Counted from the stretch's first letter, positions 39,245 to 53,120 are shown. The stretch: DNA of 64,000 nucleotides from Octopus sinensis (GCF_006345805.1 NC_042998.1:90148001-90212000); one strand, 5' to 3'. The notes: generated from the sequence alone by a model not told the origin. Numbers and translations: made by a program.

Positions 39245-41269
39245 GAAAAAAGGAAATCCGTTGGAAAAACAAAAACAGAACAGAGGCGGAGCAAAAAACA
39301 AATCGAACTGTGCTCCTAAGAGCCCATGGCGAAACTGTTTATCAGTGTATGTTGAGAACCGGTGGCTGAAGAATTCAACGGGTCAGGCATCGGTCAATCA
39401 TGTGGGTGAGGGTGTATAGATGTTCTTTGTGACCGAGAATAAAGTTCTGACTATTTAAGGAATATTGGATGTTTTATAAGGGGCGAGAAAAAATCTACTT
39501 AGAGACGTGTGTGTGTGTATACTGTTCTATATATGTGTGTGTTGGCGTAGGGGTAGAAAACATTTTTTGTGTACGTGTGTGCGTTTGATCGTTCGGCTGT
39601 CAGTGGCTACTGCCGTGATAACCGTTGGGTGGCAGAAAGAAAAAAATTAAAAAAATATATATATATATTATGTTTTATGTGTGTGTGTGTTCATCTAAGC
39701 CTGCCTTGTCAAGGAAACCCCCCGCTGTGAGAAAACCAAGCCCCGTTTGTCTTACAGGAGTAATTCCCCTTGCAGTGGTTAATCGTAGATATCTTAAAGG
39801 CTATTTCAGAATTTGTTACCAAGGGCTATGGGTGCCGGTATTATTTATAAACGCTATTTAAAGGCCAGATAAGTGTAACGCCGCCAATGGGGGCATCGAA
39901 AAGCCGACTGTAAGAGCCCGTTTACCATCCGGCCTCTGGCAAACAAAATATGGAAGAGTTCGGAGACACAAAGGTTGCACTGTCTTCTGCCCCTATCAAA
40001 TGGGAGGGCCACCGACAAAATTGACCATTCCAGCCTATAGCTTAAGTTCGCATCCTTCAGTCGCCATATTAGCTTACTGAGTCCCGTGGTCTGGCGCTTG
40101 TTCACGTTCCGAAAAGTTGCGTAATGGTTGGAGACACGCAAAGACAATCTTGAGGATGATGCCCCTACATAAGTGAAGGCATCTGAGTCCGTGTAAACCT
40201 TGCATTGGTAGACGGCGTTTTTGATCTTGGAGTTCGCCGACGTGAATCTTAATCTGCTAGGATTAGTTTCTGAAATTAGAACTGCGTTCCTGTCACTATG
40301 TTCGTTCCGAGACCTGCAGCCGCTTACTACTCTATTTTCCACTACGTCACTATTAACTATAGGAATACCCCTGATTCTCCACTATCTATCAGAGTGCTGT
40401 CATTGCTACTGCCCGTGGTACTGCTATTGCGGGAAATGATGCTGGGGATGCTAATGGGGCTCTCTACCCTACTCCCATTATTACCGTCAACCACAACACC
40501 CCTATTTATAACTATACCCCTAGTGGGTACTCCCTGGCTGGAGCTGAGATTATGTGTCACTGTACTGGCTCTCATATCATTATTACTACTATAATTATTC
40601 CTACTGAGCATTAAACCGGGAGCGGAAGAGGCTGTGCCTCCGGAAAAAGGAGATAGGGTCTTAGTAAGTAGCCTATTATTATGGGAGGCGATTATCTGGG
40701 CGAGGTTTTTAGTGTTGGAGAAAGCTATCCTAACTTTATGTGAGTTAACCGTGGAGTAATATTTAGAATTTCTGGGGAAGTTATTGGCGATGGCTTGTCT
40801 AAACATGAGGGGGAGGTTAGTTCTAATCTGCTTACCAAAGGGGATTACAAACCATATATGCTTATTCCTATCAGTGTGATGGGTCGGGACGCCAGCTCTC
40901 GCATTCGGGTGGGTGATTCTCGGATGAATAACGGGTCTTGGGTTAGTGTAAGACCTCCCGGACCGATAATTATCCTTGTTCGCTAAATTAAATGCGGGAG
41001 CGACTACCCCGGCATCCGCCGCGCTCCCGTCCTTACTTAAAATGTTAATGTTATTATATACGGCCCTATCCTGATGACCGAATGATGGCATCGGAAGGGC
41101 CGGATCAATATAAATTACCTTCTGCCTATAACCGGCCTTGGATAGTGCGGCGTTATAAAATTCCGCTTTCTGCATAAAAATATCGGCACTGGCGGACAAG
41201 CCAGACAATCTTAGAGAGATGTTTTTAACCAAATTGTCTGTTACGGTTTTGGCATGATTTGAGAAGACA

Positions 41270-41317
41270 CTTTTGATTAAACTTTTGATTAATCTTTTGA
41301 TTAAACTTTTGATTAAT
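41270..41317. repeat. 12-bp tandem repeat x4 at the PLE 5' junction
   Basis: cttttgattaaa / cttttgattaat alternating. Confidence 0.9.
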
Positions 41318-41352
41318 CTACTACAAGATTATTCATCTTTCTATTTCACATA

Positions 41353-41392
<40 letters not shown>

Positions 41393-42035
41393 GTATATGT
41401 ATATGCATATGTATATATGTATGTATACATATATATAGTACCAATATATATAGTGTATATATATATATAATCCTTACACTCTCTTTTCATTTAAAATTTT
41501 TTATTTGTTTTTTTTGTGTGTTGTTTTGTATTTTTTCAACGCCTTTTATTTTACTGTCTTCTCTCTTTATCGAGAAGGGAGTGAAAATTATTATAAGAAA
41601 TATACTGAAGCGAATAAACTTGACAAAGCTATTTTGTCTAGTGTACTACCTTCCATATATTTCTTACTATCTTTTGATCCCTCATTCTCTTATTTCCACT
41701 TTCTTCGTAAATTATCTGCCTATCATGAATGACGGGAAATTACTTTACCGTGTTGATAAAATAAGTAATAACATTCTTCAGTTTTCAATCTTCCAGGAAA
41801 AAGAAATATACTGAAAGTTATTTTAGACAGAAAGGCTTACGTTTAAGAGTACATTAGGGAAATCAACTTGTACTAAGCTACAACCGTTTTCATAAAATTC
41901 AAGGTTCACCCACACAAATTAAATGATTTCAATTTCAATTGTTTATTGATCTACTTTTCGACGTCTCTATATAATAACATATTTTCCATAATATACCATT
42001 CTTTTGAGTTTTCATTAAAATGATTTCTATTATAG

Positions 42036-42154
42036 GGTTGTTTACAAACTCGCCATGCGGAAGGTGTACCGGACAGAAGTACAAACTAAACTGATCAACA
42101 GCTGTTGTCCTGGTTGGCTGCAATTTGATAAAAATTCCCGGGATTGTCTCAAAC
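42036..42154 (+). CDS. EGFL7/8: EGFL7/EGFL8-like exon (EMI domain, C-terminal half)
   Basis: tatag acceptor and gtgagt donor, phase 2-1. Translates VVYKLAMRKVYRTEVQTKLINSCCPGWLQFDKNSRDCLK with the EMI CCPGW motif, in frame with the previous exon. Confidence 0.93.
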
Positions 42155-42595
42155 GTGAGTAAAATATTTTATTTGTATCATCCGCTATCTTTTTTCCCCA
42201 GGTTATCAACCATTTTTTATCACTATTAAATTTCTTCCTTTTAAACATATATTAATAATCAAACTACAGCAGTCACTCGCAAGTGTGTATGACTTAGTAG
42301 CATGCATCATCCTTTCTATGTCTGCTCGAGACTACACAGGCACCTAAAAAGGCATCTATGTAGTTGTGAGCTGACATAGATACCCTCTCGACCCTTAACC
42401 CAGCAAAACCTCGAGGATGCAGCACTTGCAGATGAATATACTGAAGCAACATGGAATAAAGCACCTTGCTCTAGAACACAAAACGCCACCCGGGCCAGGA
42501 ATCGAACGTACGACATTATGATCGTTATCCTAATAGCACAAATCACAAGGCCTAATGCTTTCGTTATTAGTGTCGATATCATAAGATATCATTAG

Positions 42596-42790
42596 GTAAC
42601 GAGCTGACAGAGTTGTTAGCTTGCCGGACAAAATGCTTTATGTTCTGAGTTCAAATTCCGCCGAGGTTTACTTTGCCTTTCATCCTTTCGGGGTCGATGA
42701 AATAAGAAGCAGTTACGCACTGAAATCGATGTAAGAGACTAGCTCCTCTCCCAAAATTCCAAGCACTTGCGTCTGTAGCAGAAAGGATAT
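42596..42790 (+). mobile_element. SINE family A
   Basis: ggtaacgagctgacagagttgttagc...gttcaaattccgccgagg. Confidence 0.8.
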
Positions 42791-42967
42791 CATAAAATAT
42801 GAAGCCATCTGAAGTTATTTTATTTGCCAGTTAAACGAACTTAAGACAAACTAATATATGGTTTGCGAATTTGAGGTAAAATTCGTTGTGATGACGATTT
42901 AAATTTCAAATGCAACAAAGAAATCATAAATTACTGAATTCGTTTTATTTTATTTATTTATTTATTT

Positions 42968-43334
42968 TATTACCTCCGCCTTCGCTAAGGCGGAGGTACT
43001 GTTTACAGTCGTGTTTATTTTTCCGTGGACAAGATATCTTAAGAACCGCTGGATGGATTCAGATGAAATTTCAGGGATGTTTGGCCTCGTGACTGGCACG
43101 AACTGATTAGATTTGGGAATCGACCCGGTACCGGACAAGGATTCTGGATTATTTTTCCTGTGGTTTTTTACTTAATTTTTGAGAGTGGTCGGGTTCATTT
43201 TTAGTATTCTCTTTTGTGAGATCAGACGAGTTTATTTCAGATATTCTCATTTTAAAAATCATCACTGGCTAATTGTTGAGAACACATTGGTGTTGCTTTG
43301 GCGGAGGTTTGCGCTCTCTGAGGGCTCTTGCTTG
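42968..43334 (+). mobile_element. Helentron-associated non-autonomous element (HINE/DINE-1-like)
   Basis: 5' ttattaCCTCCGCC..GGCGGAGG palindrome, 3' subTIR GGCGGAGG followed by a gcgctctctgagggc hairpin-like segment and T-run. Confidence 0.65.
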
Positions 43335-44081
43335 TTTTGTTTTGCTTTTGTTTTTGTTTTTTGCTACATACATATTTGTGTAGTGTTCTTGCTCGTTTGT
43401 ATTTCAGGAAGATCAATTATTTCATTGAAAATTTGAATTGCTTCAAATTCCTGTATCACCAACTTTGAATATCTTTTACCATATCTTCATGTGAAAAAGA
43501 GCCTTGAACGCCTGGTAGACGTCTGTATCGGTGTTCATACTTATTACATAGTGGATTCATTTCTAACTAACGTCAACACCGATTTCCTCTACTATAAATA
43601 GAAAATCAAACCTGCCTTTCTGTATTATCAATGTGTGTAGTCGCCTACATTTTATTTTCGTGCAGCTTTATATATACACAAACATGCCCATGAAATAATC
43701 TAGAGTATTTATTTATACACAAGTATCTTTCGTGGAACACGTTTGAAATTTCTATTGACACATTCTTGATTCCAATCAGTTCAATCTGAGCAGTTTCAAT
43801 GAAAGCATAAAAAATTATTTTAGTCACGTATTACTGGGCCTCCCTGTATAGATGACATATGTCAAACTTGCTTAGTATGTCTCCCTTATTTTACACAGCA
43901 CTCTACGTAAGTTATATAAAGAGTGAAGTGAAAATTAAAATATATACGTACAGTTGTATCTGCATTTCAGCATGTGACTGCTGGTAGTCGGTATATAAAT
44001 TCGAATGAATCAAATAACTAAAGTTCTTGTTTTTTCAAAACTTCATGCATGCATGCATGCAGAAAGAAAGAAAGAAAGAAA

Positions 44082-44125
<44 letters not shown>

Positions 44126-44658
44126 GAGTACTAGTGGAATGTCCCAGTGAAAACTTCAATGAAATGTAAACATAATAGACCTGATATAATGATTTAGGAT
44201 AGAGAAGTTGTGAAAATCAGCTGCCCAGCGGATGATAACACAAAGCTAAAAATCAACGAAAAAGAGAATACCTACGCTGAACTATTAAGAGAACTGTAGT
44301 TACTCTATCCAGATTACAAGTTCAAGTTTATATCTGTAATTATTGGGGGACTGGGATATGTAACACACTGCCTAAACACCACTCTTTAGAAATTAGGCTT
44401 CTCAAAACCAGAAAGGAGAAAAGGAGAAAGTTTATCATTTAAGTATATATGAGCATGTCTAGATATGCAAGTATTTGCATGAGAAGTGATACATAAAACA
44501 AAATATACAAATCTGCACAAATACCCTGTTGATGTTATTGTAATTCCAATAAAGGAGCCTTGGATCTAGGTTAGAAACCGGCTCTTCCTCTATTTTCAAG
44601 AGATCTTGAAATAAAACTGAATAATGACATACATACTTATACTTATACACACACATAT

Positions 44659-44692
<34 letters not shown>

Positions 44693-45050
44693 ATTCCGCA
44701 TATTATTGTCAAAATTATATGCAAATGCCTTAGTTCTACTGCTAACAGTAAAGAAATGCTAGCATTGGTTTTGTCGGCAAGAAGTGTTGTTGAAAGCAAA
44801 AGTTGCTAAGGACTAGATAAATCCCTGACAGCCATATTCTCCGGTTAATAATTCAACTGGTTTTATCGGTATCTACCAAAACGTCGAGACTACAAAGATT
44901 TCTAGATAGCTGATGAAAGGAAGTTTTTCCATTTCTTCCGTTTGTAGTATATCTCTTTAATTTTTGTGTGTGTGTATGTGGGAGGGTGAGTGTAGAAGCA
45001 TGTGTGTGTTTGTATGCATATATGTATATTTTTATTTGTATATTTGTGTT

Positions 45051-45097
<47 letters not shown>

Positions 45098-45112
45098 ATG
45101 TATATGCATATA

Positions 45113-46107
<995 letters not shown>

Positions 46108-46791
46108 ATATGTGTGTGTGTACATTGCATATTTGCAGATATAATTTGAACTCTTGTACATTTTTGCATATGGTCACCATTCTACTTTTCTTTTTCAACC
46201 ATCTTCATCCCTTCTATACCTTTCAGCATAAACCTCTGTGCATTTCCACTTGGAGTCGCACCAATCATGATACTTCAGTTTTCGGATCTTAAAAATTCTT
46301 TAAATTAAATTCTTCAACAAGCTGTTATTCGTCCCTTGTTCCGTCAACTTATTGCCGTTCTCTCTTCCTCTGTCATTGTGTTTTAGTGAATGCGACATTG
46401 TTATTGTTCATATGCTTCTTATTCTTAGCCTGATCACCATCATGTGCAGCTTTCTCTCTTATTTCATATCTCACCTGCCTTACCATTTTAATTGCCCTAT
46501 TTTTCGAACTACCCTCTCCTATGTTTCGTCTCGTCTCATATCATGATCACTCACACAAACCATAGCCCACTCACTTTCACCTCCCCTTTCTGTTCCCCCC
46601 TCTCTCTCTCTCTCTCTCTCCGTGACTCTTTTTCTCGCTCTCTTTCTCCCCACATTTACCGTCTCAAAATCAATTATTCTTTTCATTTTCTCAGTTTAGA
46701 ATCCAGTGATGAAACCGTTACTTCTCCCTTCATCTTTTCTCTCTATTTTTCTCTCTCCGTCTTTCTCTCTGTTTCTCTCTTCCTTTCTCTT

Positions 46792-46825
<34 letters not shown>

Positions 46826-46827
46826 TC

Positions 46828-46859
<32 letters not shown>

Positions 46860-47603
46860 TTCACTCCCTTTCTCTCTCCATATAGCTCGACAAACATCCG
46901 AAACGTTTATCTTATTTCTTGTCTTAAACCCTATTCCATTATTTGAAATATTTTCTAAAGCAAAAAGCACTCGCTGATTTCCTCGAATTTTAGTGTCCTA
47001 TTTTTTAACTTCAAATTAAATTTTTATATTAGCGTATTCGTTTTTTGCTTCAAGTAAAAATGTATAATTGTGTGAGCTTATGTATATACATAAGTTTTTG
47101 CATATGTGCTTATGTTTACATGTGATACGGAGAAAAAGGAAGAGAGCCTGCGTTTGTAAGACTTGAATTTTAATTTTTATTACATTTTTACGCTTATTAC
47201 TGTAAATATCCTGCCGTTGCATTCATAATTTAACAAGATTTTATACATTCATTTATAAACTAAGTCGAGGCGATGTGTTTTTAATAATAAATCGTCTATC
47301 AAACTACTGAAAGCTTCTGATTGTTGTTGTTATTGTTGCTGATGTTGTTTTCTCTTCTTCCTGCACCAAGTTACTGATAATTTCAGCAGACAAATATTAA
47401 TAGACACTGAATTTACTAAAGTGACAACATATAGTGTTGCACTTCACGTAAACCCCCAAAGTCATTGACAAGCTTGCGTTACTATAAATACTCCATTCTA
47501 AATACATCTTTGTCTGCACGTCTGGACAAGAGATAAATGAAAGATGTGTTTTAAATATTAAAGTTTTTTTAACGTCTTAAACTTAATCTAAATAATAATA
47601 ATA

Positions 47604-47660
<57 letters not shown>

Positions 47661-47671
47661 TGATGATGATG

Positions 47672-48502
47672 AAATTATATGGCCAATTCATGCATCAAAC
47701 CGAGGATGTTGGAAGTAATGAACGCTGATTATGGATGACCTGAAATGTCGGAATGGATGACGCTGATTATGTCGGAAACCTGAAACCAGAAACCGAAATG
47801 CTAATCATAGCTGCTCAGGAACACGCCATTAGCACTAATTTGATAAGACAAAGGTCGACAAAACTCAGTCAGAAAGCAACTGTAGAATCTACAGGAAAGG
47901 AGACGAAAGTATTAATCATCTCTTAAGTGAATGCAGTAAGGTAGCAGAATAAGAGTATAAGCGCAGCTTTGATTGTGTAGGAAAAAGAATGCATTGAGGT
48001 GTCAGCCAAGTGTGTCGTTTCAAAATAACAGAAATGTGGTACGAACACGAACCAGTGTCTGTGTTATAGGATAAGTGTTATAGGATATGGTGGGATTTCC
48101 CATAAAAACTGGCCATACTATTGAAGCAAGAAGACTAGATATGATTATAGAGGACAAAATAAGGAGTGTAAGATGGTTGACATTGTAATAATACCTTATG
48201 ACAACAGACTTCTATATCAAAGAAAGTGAAAATAAAAGGAGAAACATTAGGATCTAGACAGAGAATTGAGGGGATTGTATAAAACAAGGACAACAATTAT
48301 TCCTGTATCAACTGGTGCACTTGGTAAAACATTCAAACTGCCACCAAAGGGACTGAAAGGTATTAGAATTTAGACTTGCATTTTCGACCTGCAGAAAAGA
48401 GTTATTCTGTAGTCTGCAAGAATCATTAAAAAATTCTCGAGGTTTGAGATTTTTTCTCACCAAACCTCAAGATAACATTCCTGCTAATTAGATTAGTTTG
48501 GA
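47672..48502 (+). mobile_element. Dong/R4-like RLE non-LTR retrotransposon 3' fragment (degenerate)
   Basis: Broken frames YGQFMHQ...LKPETEMLIIAAQE...CRIY...ESINHLLSECSKVA...WYEHEP...IWWDFPIKT..TIEARRLDMII (CCHC plus RLE). (TAA)n/(TGA)n at 5' and short (TAA)n at 3'. Confidence 0.85.
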
Positions 48503-48649
48503 ATAATAATAATAAGGGAAGTATTAGCTGAAAAGAACGAATAGCATGGTACCGTAGGCTGCAGGTCGTAAGCGCGCTACATATGCAAGACTCCAGGAGT
48601 TCCAACAAAATCTGTAATAAAGAGAAAATAAAAATAATAATAATATTTT

Positions 48650-48812
48650 CTACTATAGGCAAAGGGTTTGAAATTTTGGTACTTATTTTACCGACCCCAA
48701 AAAAGATGAAAGGCAAATATCGCCTTCGACGGAATTTGAGCTCAAAACGTAAGGAACAGGAAGAAATTCCGCTGAGCAGTTTGTCCAGTGCGGTGATAAT
48801 TCTGCCAAGCCT
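48650..48812 (-). mobile_element. SINE family A (internally deleted)
   Basis: Reverse-strand gatgaaaggcaaa...ggaatttgagctc...ttctgcca. Confidence 0.7.
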
Positions 48813-49040
48813 TAATAAAACTCGTTTCTAATATAGGCATAAGGCCCCTAACTAGTTTGAAACTTAGATACCAGAATCGATATATTTGACTTGTCCCCTC
48901 CGCCAAATTTCTGAACTTGTGACTATGTTTCAAATAATTTTTACAAGCAACTTGTGATTAAAGTTTGAGAATACTTCGCCATATTTTCCTTTTTTCTTGC
49001 TTTGGCTATATTTTAAATAAAATATATCTTTAATTGGTAG

Positions 49041-49136
49041 CTGTGTGTCGTACGGATTGTAATAATCGCGGAACTTGTACGGGTCCAGACACTTGTAGAT
49101 GCAACACTGGATGGGCTGGACCAACATGTGAAACAG
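49041..49136 (+). CDS. EGFL7/8: EGFL7/EGFL8-like exon (EGF-like domain 1)
   Basis: ggtag acceptor and gtatgt donor, phase 1-1. Translates PVCRTDCNNRGTCTGPDTCRCNTGWAGPTCET, a six-Cys EGF. No RGD, unlike human EGFL7. Confidence 0.93.
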
Positions 49137-49320
49137 GTATGTGAACTTAAAACTCCAAACCAATATAAAAATATAATGCCTAATTAATAATTCATAAATG
49201 TCCTTGCCATTAATAGAAACATGTCGAACGGTCATTAAAGTGATCTTGTTTAATTTACCTGATAACATAATATTCTTTTATTTCAAGTTGTTTCTTGTTT
49301 TGTTTTTTTTAACTGAACAG

Positions 49321-49443
49321 ATTTGGATGAATGCAGTCAAGAAATGCACATGTGTCAGCAAACGTGTCTGAACACACTAGGAAGTTATGAATGTGGGTGT
49401 TACGAAGGGTTCCAGGTGGCCAAAGACAAGACCTCTTGTGAAA
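49321..49443 (+). CDS. EGFL7/8: EGFL7/EGFL8-like exon (calcium-binding EGF domain)
   Basis: Polypyrimidine tract plus aacag acceptor and gtaagt donor, phase 1-1. Translates DLDECSQEMHMCQQTCLNTLGSYECGCYEGFQVAKDKTSCE, with the D-x-D-E-C and C-x-N-x-x-G-S-Y-x-C EGF_CA consensus. Confidence 0.95.
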
Positions 49444-49454
49444 GTAAGTAGTTC

Positions 49455-49590
49455 TTTCAGGGGCATTGAAACTCACATTGTCGACCTGCAGAAAAATACC
49501 ATCCTGTATTCTGTAAGAATCCTAAGAAAGATTCTTGGAGTTTGAGGAGACTTGTCACCAAACTTCAATATAAAATATAGCATGTACTAG
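49455..49590 (+). mobile_element. Dong/R4-like 3' terminal fragment
   Basis: LQKNTILYSVRILRKILGV-stop, homologous to 48385-48470, followed by (CAA)n/(TAA)n. Confidence 0.65.
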
Positions 49591-49646
49591 CGTAATAACA
49601 CCACCAACAACAGTAATATCAATAACAACAACAACAACAACAGCAA

Positions 49647-49682
<36 letters not shown>

Positions 49683-49692
49683 CAACAACAAC

Positions 49693-49742
<50 letters not shown>

Positions 49743-50759
49743 TAAATGCCCTGATGCAGTACCAGGCAGTGGCTTTCATGGCTTCTCATCTTAACTGATT
49801 GGGAATATTATCATGTACATTGTTTTGTCTTGATATAAAAACATGGGCTACAACAAATATTCTGCTCAATACCACAGATTTCCTTGTCAGTTGTTTGACC
49901 ATAACCAATTGAGCATGTCCCTTATTGGTTGACGATATGTGCATCTCTGATCACGAGCAGAAGTAGTAAGGGAGCATCATAGCCATGTGCTGATAAAAAT
50001 ACTTTGGAGTTTAGATAATTCACCTTTGGAAACATGGGTGTTTCGCTCAACACCCTTAAACAACCCCTATTCAGGGACCTTTTGAGCGGAATAGGCTACT
50101 CTACCTGGTCCCGACCTGCAAGGTATATATAAGTAGCTGTGGATTAAGATGTTTACTCGAGTCACATGGTTCTGAATTCTACCCCACTGCGCAGCACATT
50201 GGGTAAGTGTTTTCAACAATAGTCTCGGATTGTCCAACACATTGTGAATTGAAACTGTATGACGTAATTTACGCAGAATTCTGTCCTGTACATGCCTCTA
50301 TGTGACTGCCTTTGGGTTTTTGGTTTCACCTGTCTAAATGCTGTATATTATATTATTTTAACACTACAAGAAACAGCTTTTGACAAAATAAGCACCAGAC
50401 TTAAATATCAAGATCGATGTAATCGAGTAAAACTCGCGAAAATGGTGCCATTAGCATGAAACTTTAAGTCATCTGAAGTTGAGATAAACTCTCATAGCTC
50501 CTACCAAATGTGTCGAGTGTTACTTTCATTCATTTGCTCAATCGCCTGTGTGTGTGTGTGTAAATATATATATATATTACGTGTTTCAGTCATTTGACTG
50601 CGGCCATGCTGGAGCACCGCCTTTAGTCGAGCAAATCAACCCCGGGACTTATTCTTTGTAAGCCCAGTACTTATTCTATTGGTCTCTTTTGCCGAACCGC
50701 TAAGTGACAGGGACGTAAACACAGCAGCATCGGTTGTCAAGCAATGCTAGGGGGGACAA

Positions 50760-50822
<63 letters not shown>

Positions 50823-50881
50823 CACATACAAACATACACACACGTAAATATATTAAATATATACAGAGAGAAGGGGAGAGG

Positions 50882-50917
<36 letters not shown>

Positions 50918-50920
50918 TAC

Positions 50921-51015
<95 letters not shown>

Positions 51016-51161
51016 ACATGGGATACAATTATTGCGTATATGAGTGGCATTTTTGTTCCATGTTATTATACACGTATTATCGTTGTGAATATTCAAATTA
51101 TATTCAAATTATATGATATTGATGCATGCTAAATTAGTTCCTGTCGTCTCTTTCCAACCAG

Positions 51162-51250
51162 TATGTTTAACATGCAATGAAGAATACAGAGACTTACAAG
51201 CTGATGTCAAGAATTTAACAGAAAAGGTTATAATACTGGAAAAAGAAAAG
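51162..51250 (+). CDS. EGFL7/8: EGFL7/EGFL8-like exon (CxxC and start of coiled coil)
   Basis: ctctttccaaccag acceptor and AAG|gtatgt donor, phase 1-0. Translates ICLTCNEEYRDLQADVKNLTEKVIILEKEK, a heptad pattern. Confidence 0.88.
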
Positions 51251-51529
51251 GTATGTTTAATTTGATGCTTTAAATATTCTCGAAAAATCGATTTTATTCT
51301 ATTACGTTTGATCTGAGAATGTACAACAAAATTTCTTTCGAGCCAACTATGGAAGGCCTTTTCACGATTGCTCAAACTGTTATAGTAGCCATATTTATCA
51401 CAAATCATACATTGTCATGAATTGCGAATGGACACATTAAAAACGTTAATCGTATATAGCCACACACTCAAACACATTTACACACACACAAGGCAATAAT
51501 ACGACTTTTATAACTTCTGTACTAGAGAT

Positions 51530-52470
51530 ATAGAATACCAAACCAACATTAGTAACGGGATATCTAATCTCCCCTGTTCAAAGGAAATATTTGAAAGGCA
51601 GTCCCCCTACTGTAACAATGCCCTAGCTAACAGCGTCTTCAATAAGACATCTTAGAACCTTTCAATTAAAAATAGGAAACCTAAAAATCGACCCAGTAAA
51701 ATTATGTCCCCCATCCACTTTTTAAAAACTAACATAGGCAAAAACTTGTCTGGCATTAATAGATAAGCATTGCTATCTTGATCAAGCGTGTTTGATAAAC
51801 TCGGTAGTGATAAACAGTAGTGATTCAAAATAATGTAATTGAAAAGAAAATTTGTGCCGGTTTATGGAGTCGCAACTTTAAAAGACGATATGCAAACTCA
51901 TCGATAAAAATAAAGCCTCTGAGTTGGCTAGCCATGCGTGGGATCTGAAAACAAACTGCACACCACAGACAATCAAGTGGAGAATCGTGGAGAATTCTAC
52001 GCCATTTATAAATGGATAAGAGAGATGCAAGTTACATGTTGCTGAAAAATCGCATATCTTTCTTAGATTCAAGAAATCCATCACACAACTTAATTCCAGA
52101 TCCGAAATTTTGAGCAAATGCAAGTACACGGAGAAATGTCTTATGCAAAACTGGAGGACACCAGCTTCTCCGGATTGAGCAGCTGTTTCGCAGACTTTAG
52201 CATCCTCGCCATTTAATTATTCTAGATAGATTAATTGTTTTCGATAACTCTTGGTTTTCTGTCTTTTCTTTTCTTTTTCCACTTTTATTCACCTTTTGTT
52301 TTTCGTTCCACCGTTTGCAAAACCCTCTTTTCGGTTTTTTCTCATACACCAGCATTTTGCTTTCCAACTAACAGCAACCATGTGTACTGAGCTTGAAAGA
52401 TTGCTTGGAGATACAATATAAATCTAACGAATCATTGCTTCCACTGCATGAAACTATTAGTAGCTCATAT
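51530..52470 (+). mobile_element. Degenerate PLE (thumb, GIY-YIG C-terminus, decayed hammerhead)
   Basis: Broken translations ISNGISNLPCSKEIFERQSPY.NNAL, KTNIGKN and ASELASHAWDLK...IKWRIVENSTPFING.ERCKL..AEK...LNSRSEILSKCK. Decayed motif CTAACGA...GCAT-GAAA-CTATTAG-TA at 52424-52462. Confidence 0.8.
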
Positions 52471-52632
52471 TTAAATACTGTATATATTAAATGATATGAT
52501 ACTAAACCTTGAATAAATACGAGTAAATTAAGTAGCTACTCAATTTAAACTGACTAATTTAAGTGATCAAGAGTTTTGGCATCACTTTTGCTATGCGGTT
52601 TACAAAAGATGTCGCATGCAGATCCTGCAAGC

Positions 52633-53050
52633 GATATTACAACTTTTCCTAAGGCGGCGAGATGGTAGAATTTTAGCGCGCTGTACAAAATGTTTAGCGG
52701 CATTTCGGCCATCTTTACGTTCTGAGTAGACATGTGCCGAGGTCAACTTTGCCTTTCATTCTTTTAGGACCGATAAAATAAGTTGTAGTTGAGCACTGAG
52801 GTCGTTGTAATCGACTGACCCTCTACCCTGAAATTGCTAGCCTTGTGTCAAAATTTGAAATCGATATTACAACTTTTTCCAAGACGGGAAGCCGACATAA
52901 TCGACGAAGAAAATACTTAACGTCATTTCGTCTGTCACAACGCTCTGAGTTCGAATTCCGCCGATGTTGACTTTGCCTTTCATACTTTCGAGGTCGATGA
53001 AATAAGCACCAATTGAGCTCTGAGGGTGATGTAATCGACAAGCCCCCGTC
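52633..53050 (+). mobile_element. Two tandem SINE family A copies, the first with an about 17-bp TSD
   Basis: gatattacaactttt(t)cc at 52633 and 52863 flanks the first copy. Confidence 0.75.
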
Positions 53051-53120
53051 TCTAAACAATCTCAGATCTTTAGCCTGTAGTAGAAAAGATAATGCGGCTT
53101 TTCCGACTATTACACACACA

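Larger units (their letters stand above)
39100..41350 (-). mobile_element. 5'-truncated Penelope-like element (RT thumb/linker, GIY-YIG endonuclease, 3' pLTR with hammerhead)
   Basis: ORF 40357-41232 has KNISxRLSxLS..IF, KHIWFxxPF..IRTN and KVRIAFS..NL..IIASHN motifs. ORF 39854-40342 has AVYQCKV...YVG...R..NH...TGLSKLIWRLKD...EWSIL...CNLCVSE (PLE GIY-YIG). Bounded by (TA)n at both ends. Confidence 0.9.

Noticed and set aside
41600-41645. ctgaag...gacaaagctattttgtc hairpin as a hammerhead
   Set aside because: It lacks the CUGANGA and GAAA cores and is only a short palindrome.
49444-51161. Intronic miR-126 equivalent (vertebrate EGFL7 hosts miR-126)
   Set aside because: No miR-126-like sequence or clean pre-miRNA hairpin was seen. 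The intron is filled by Dong, family C and SINE fragments.
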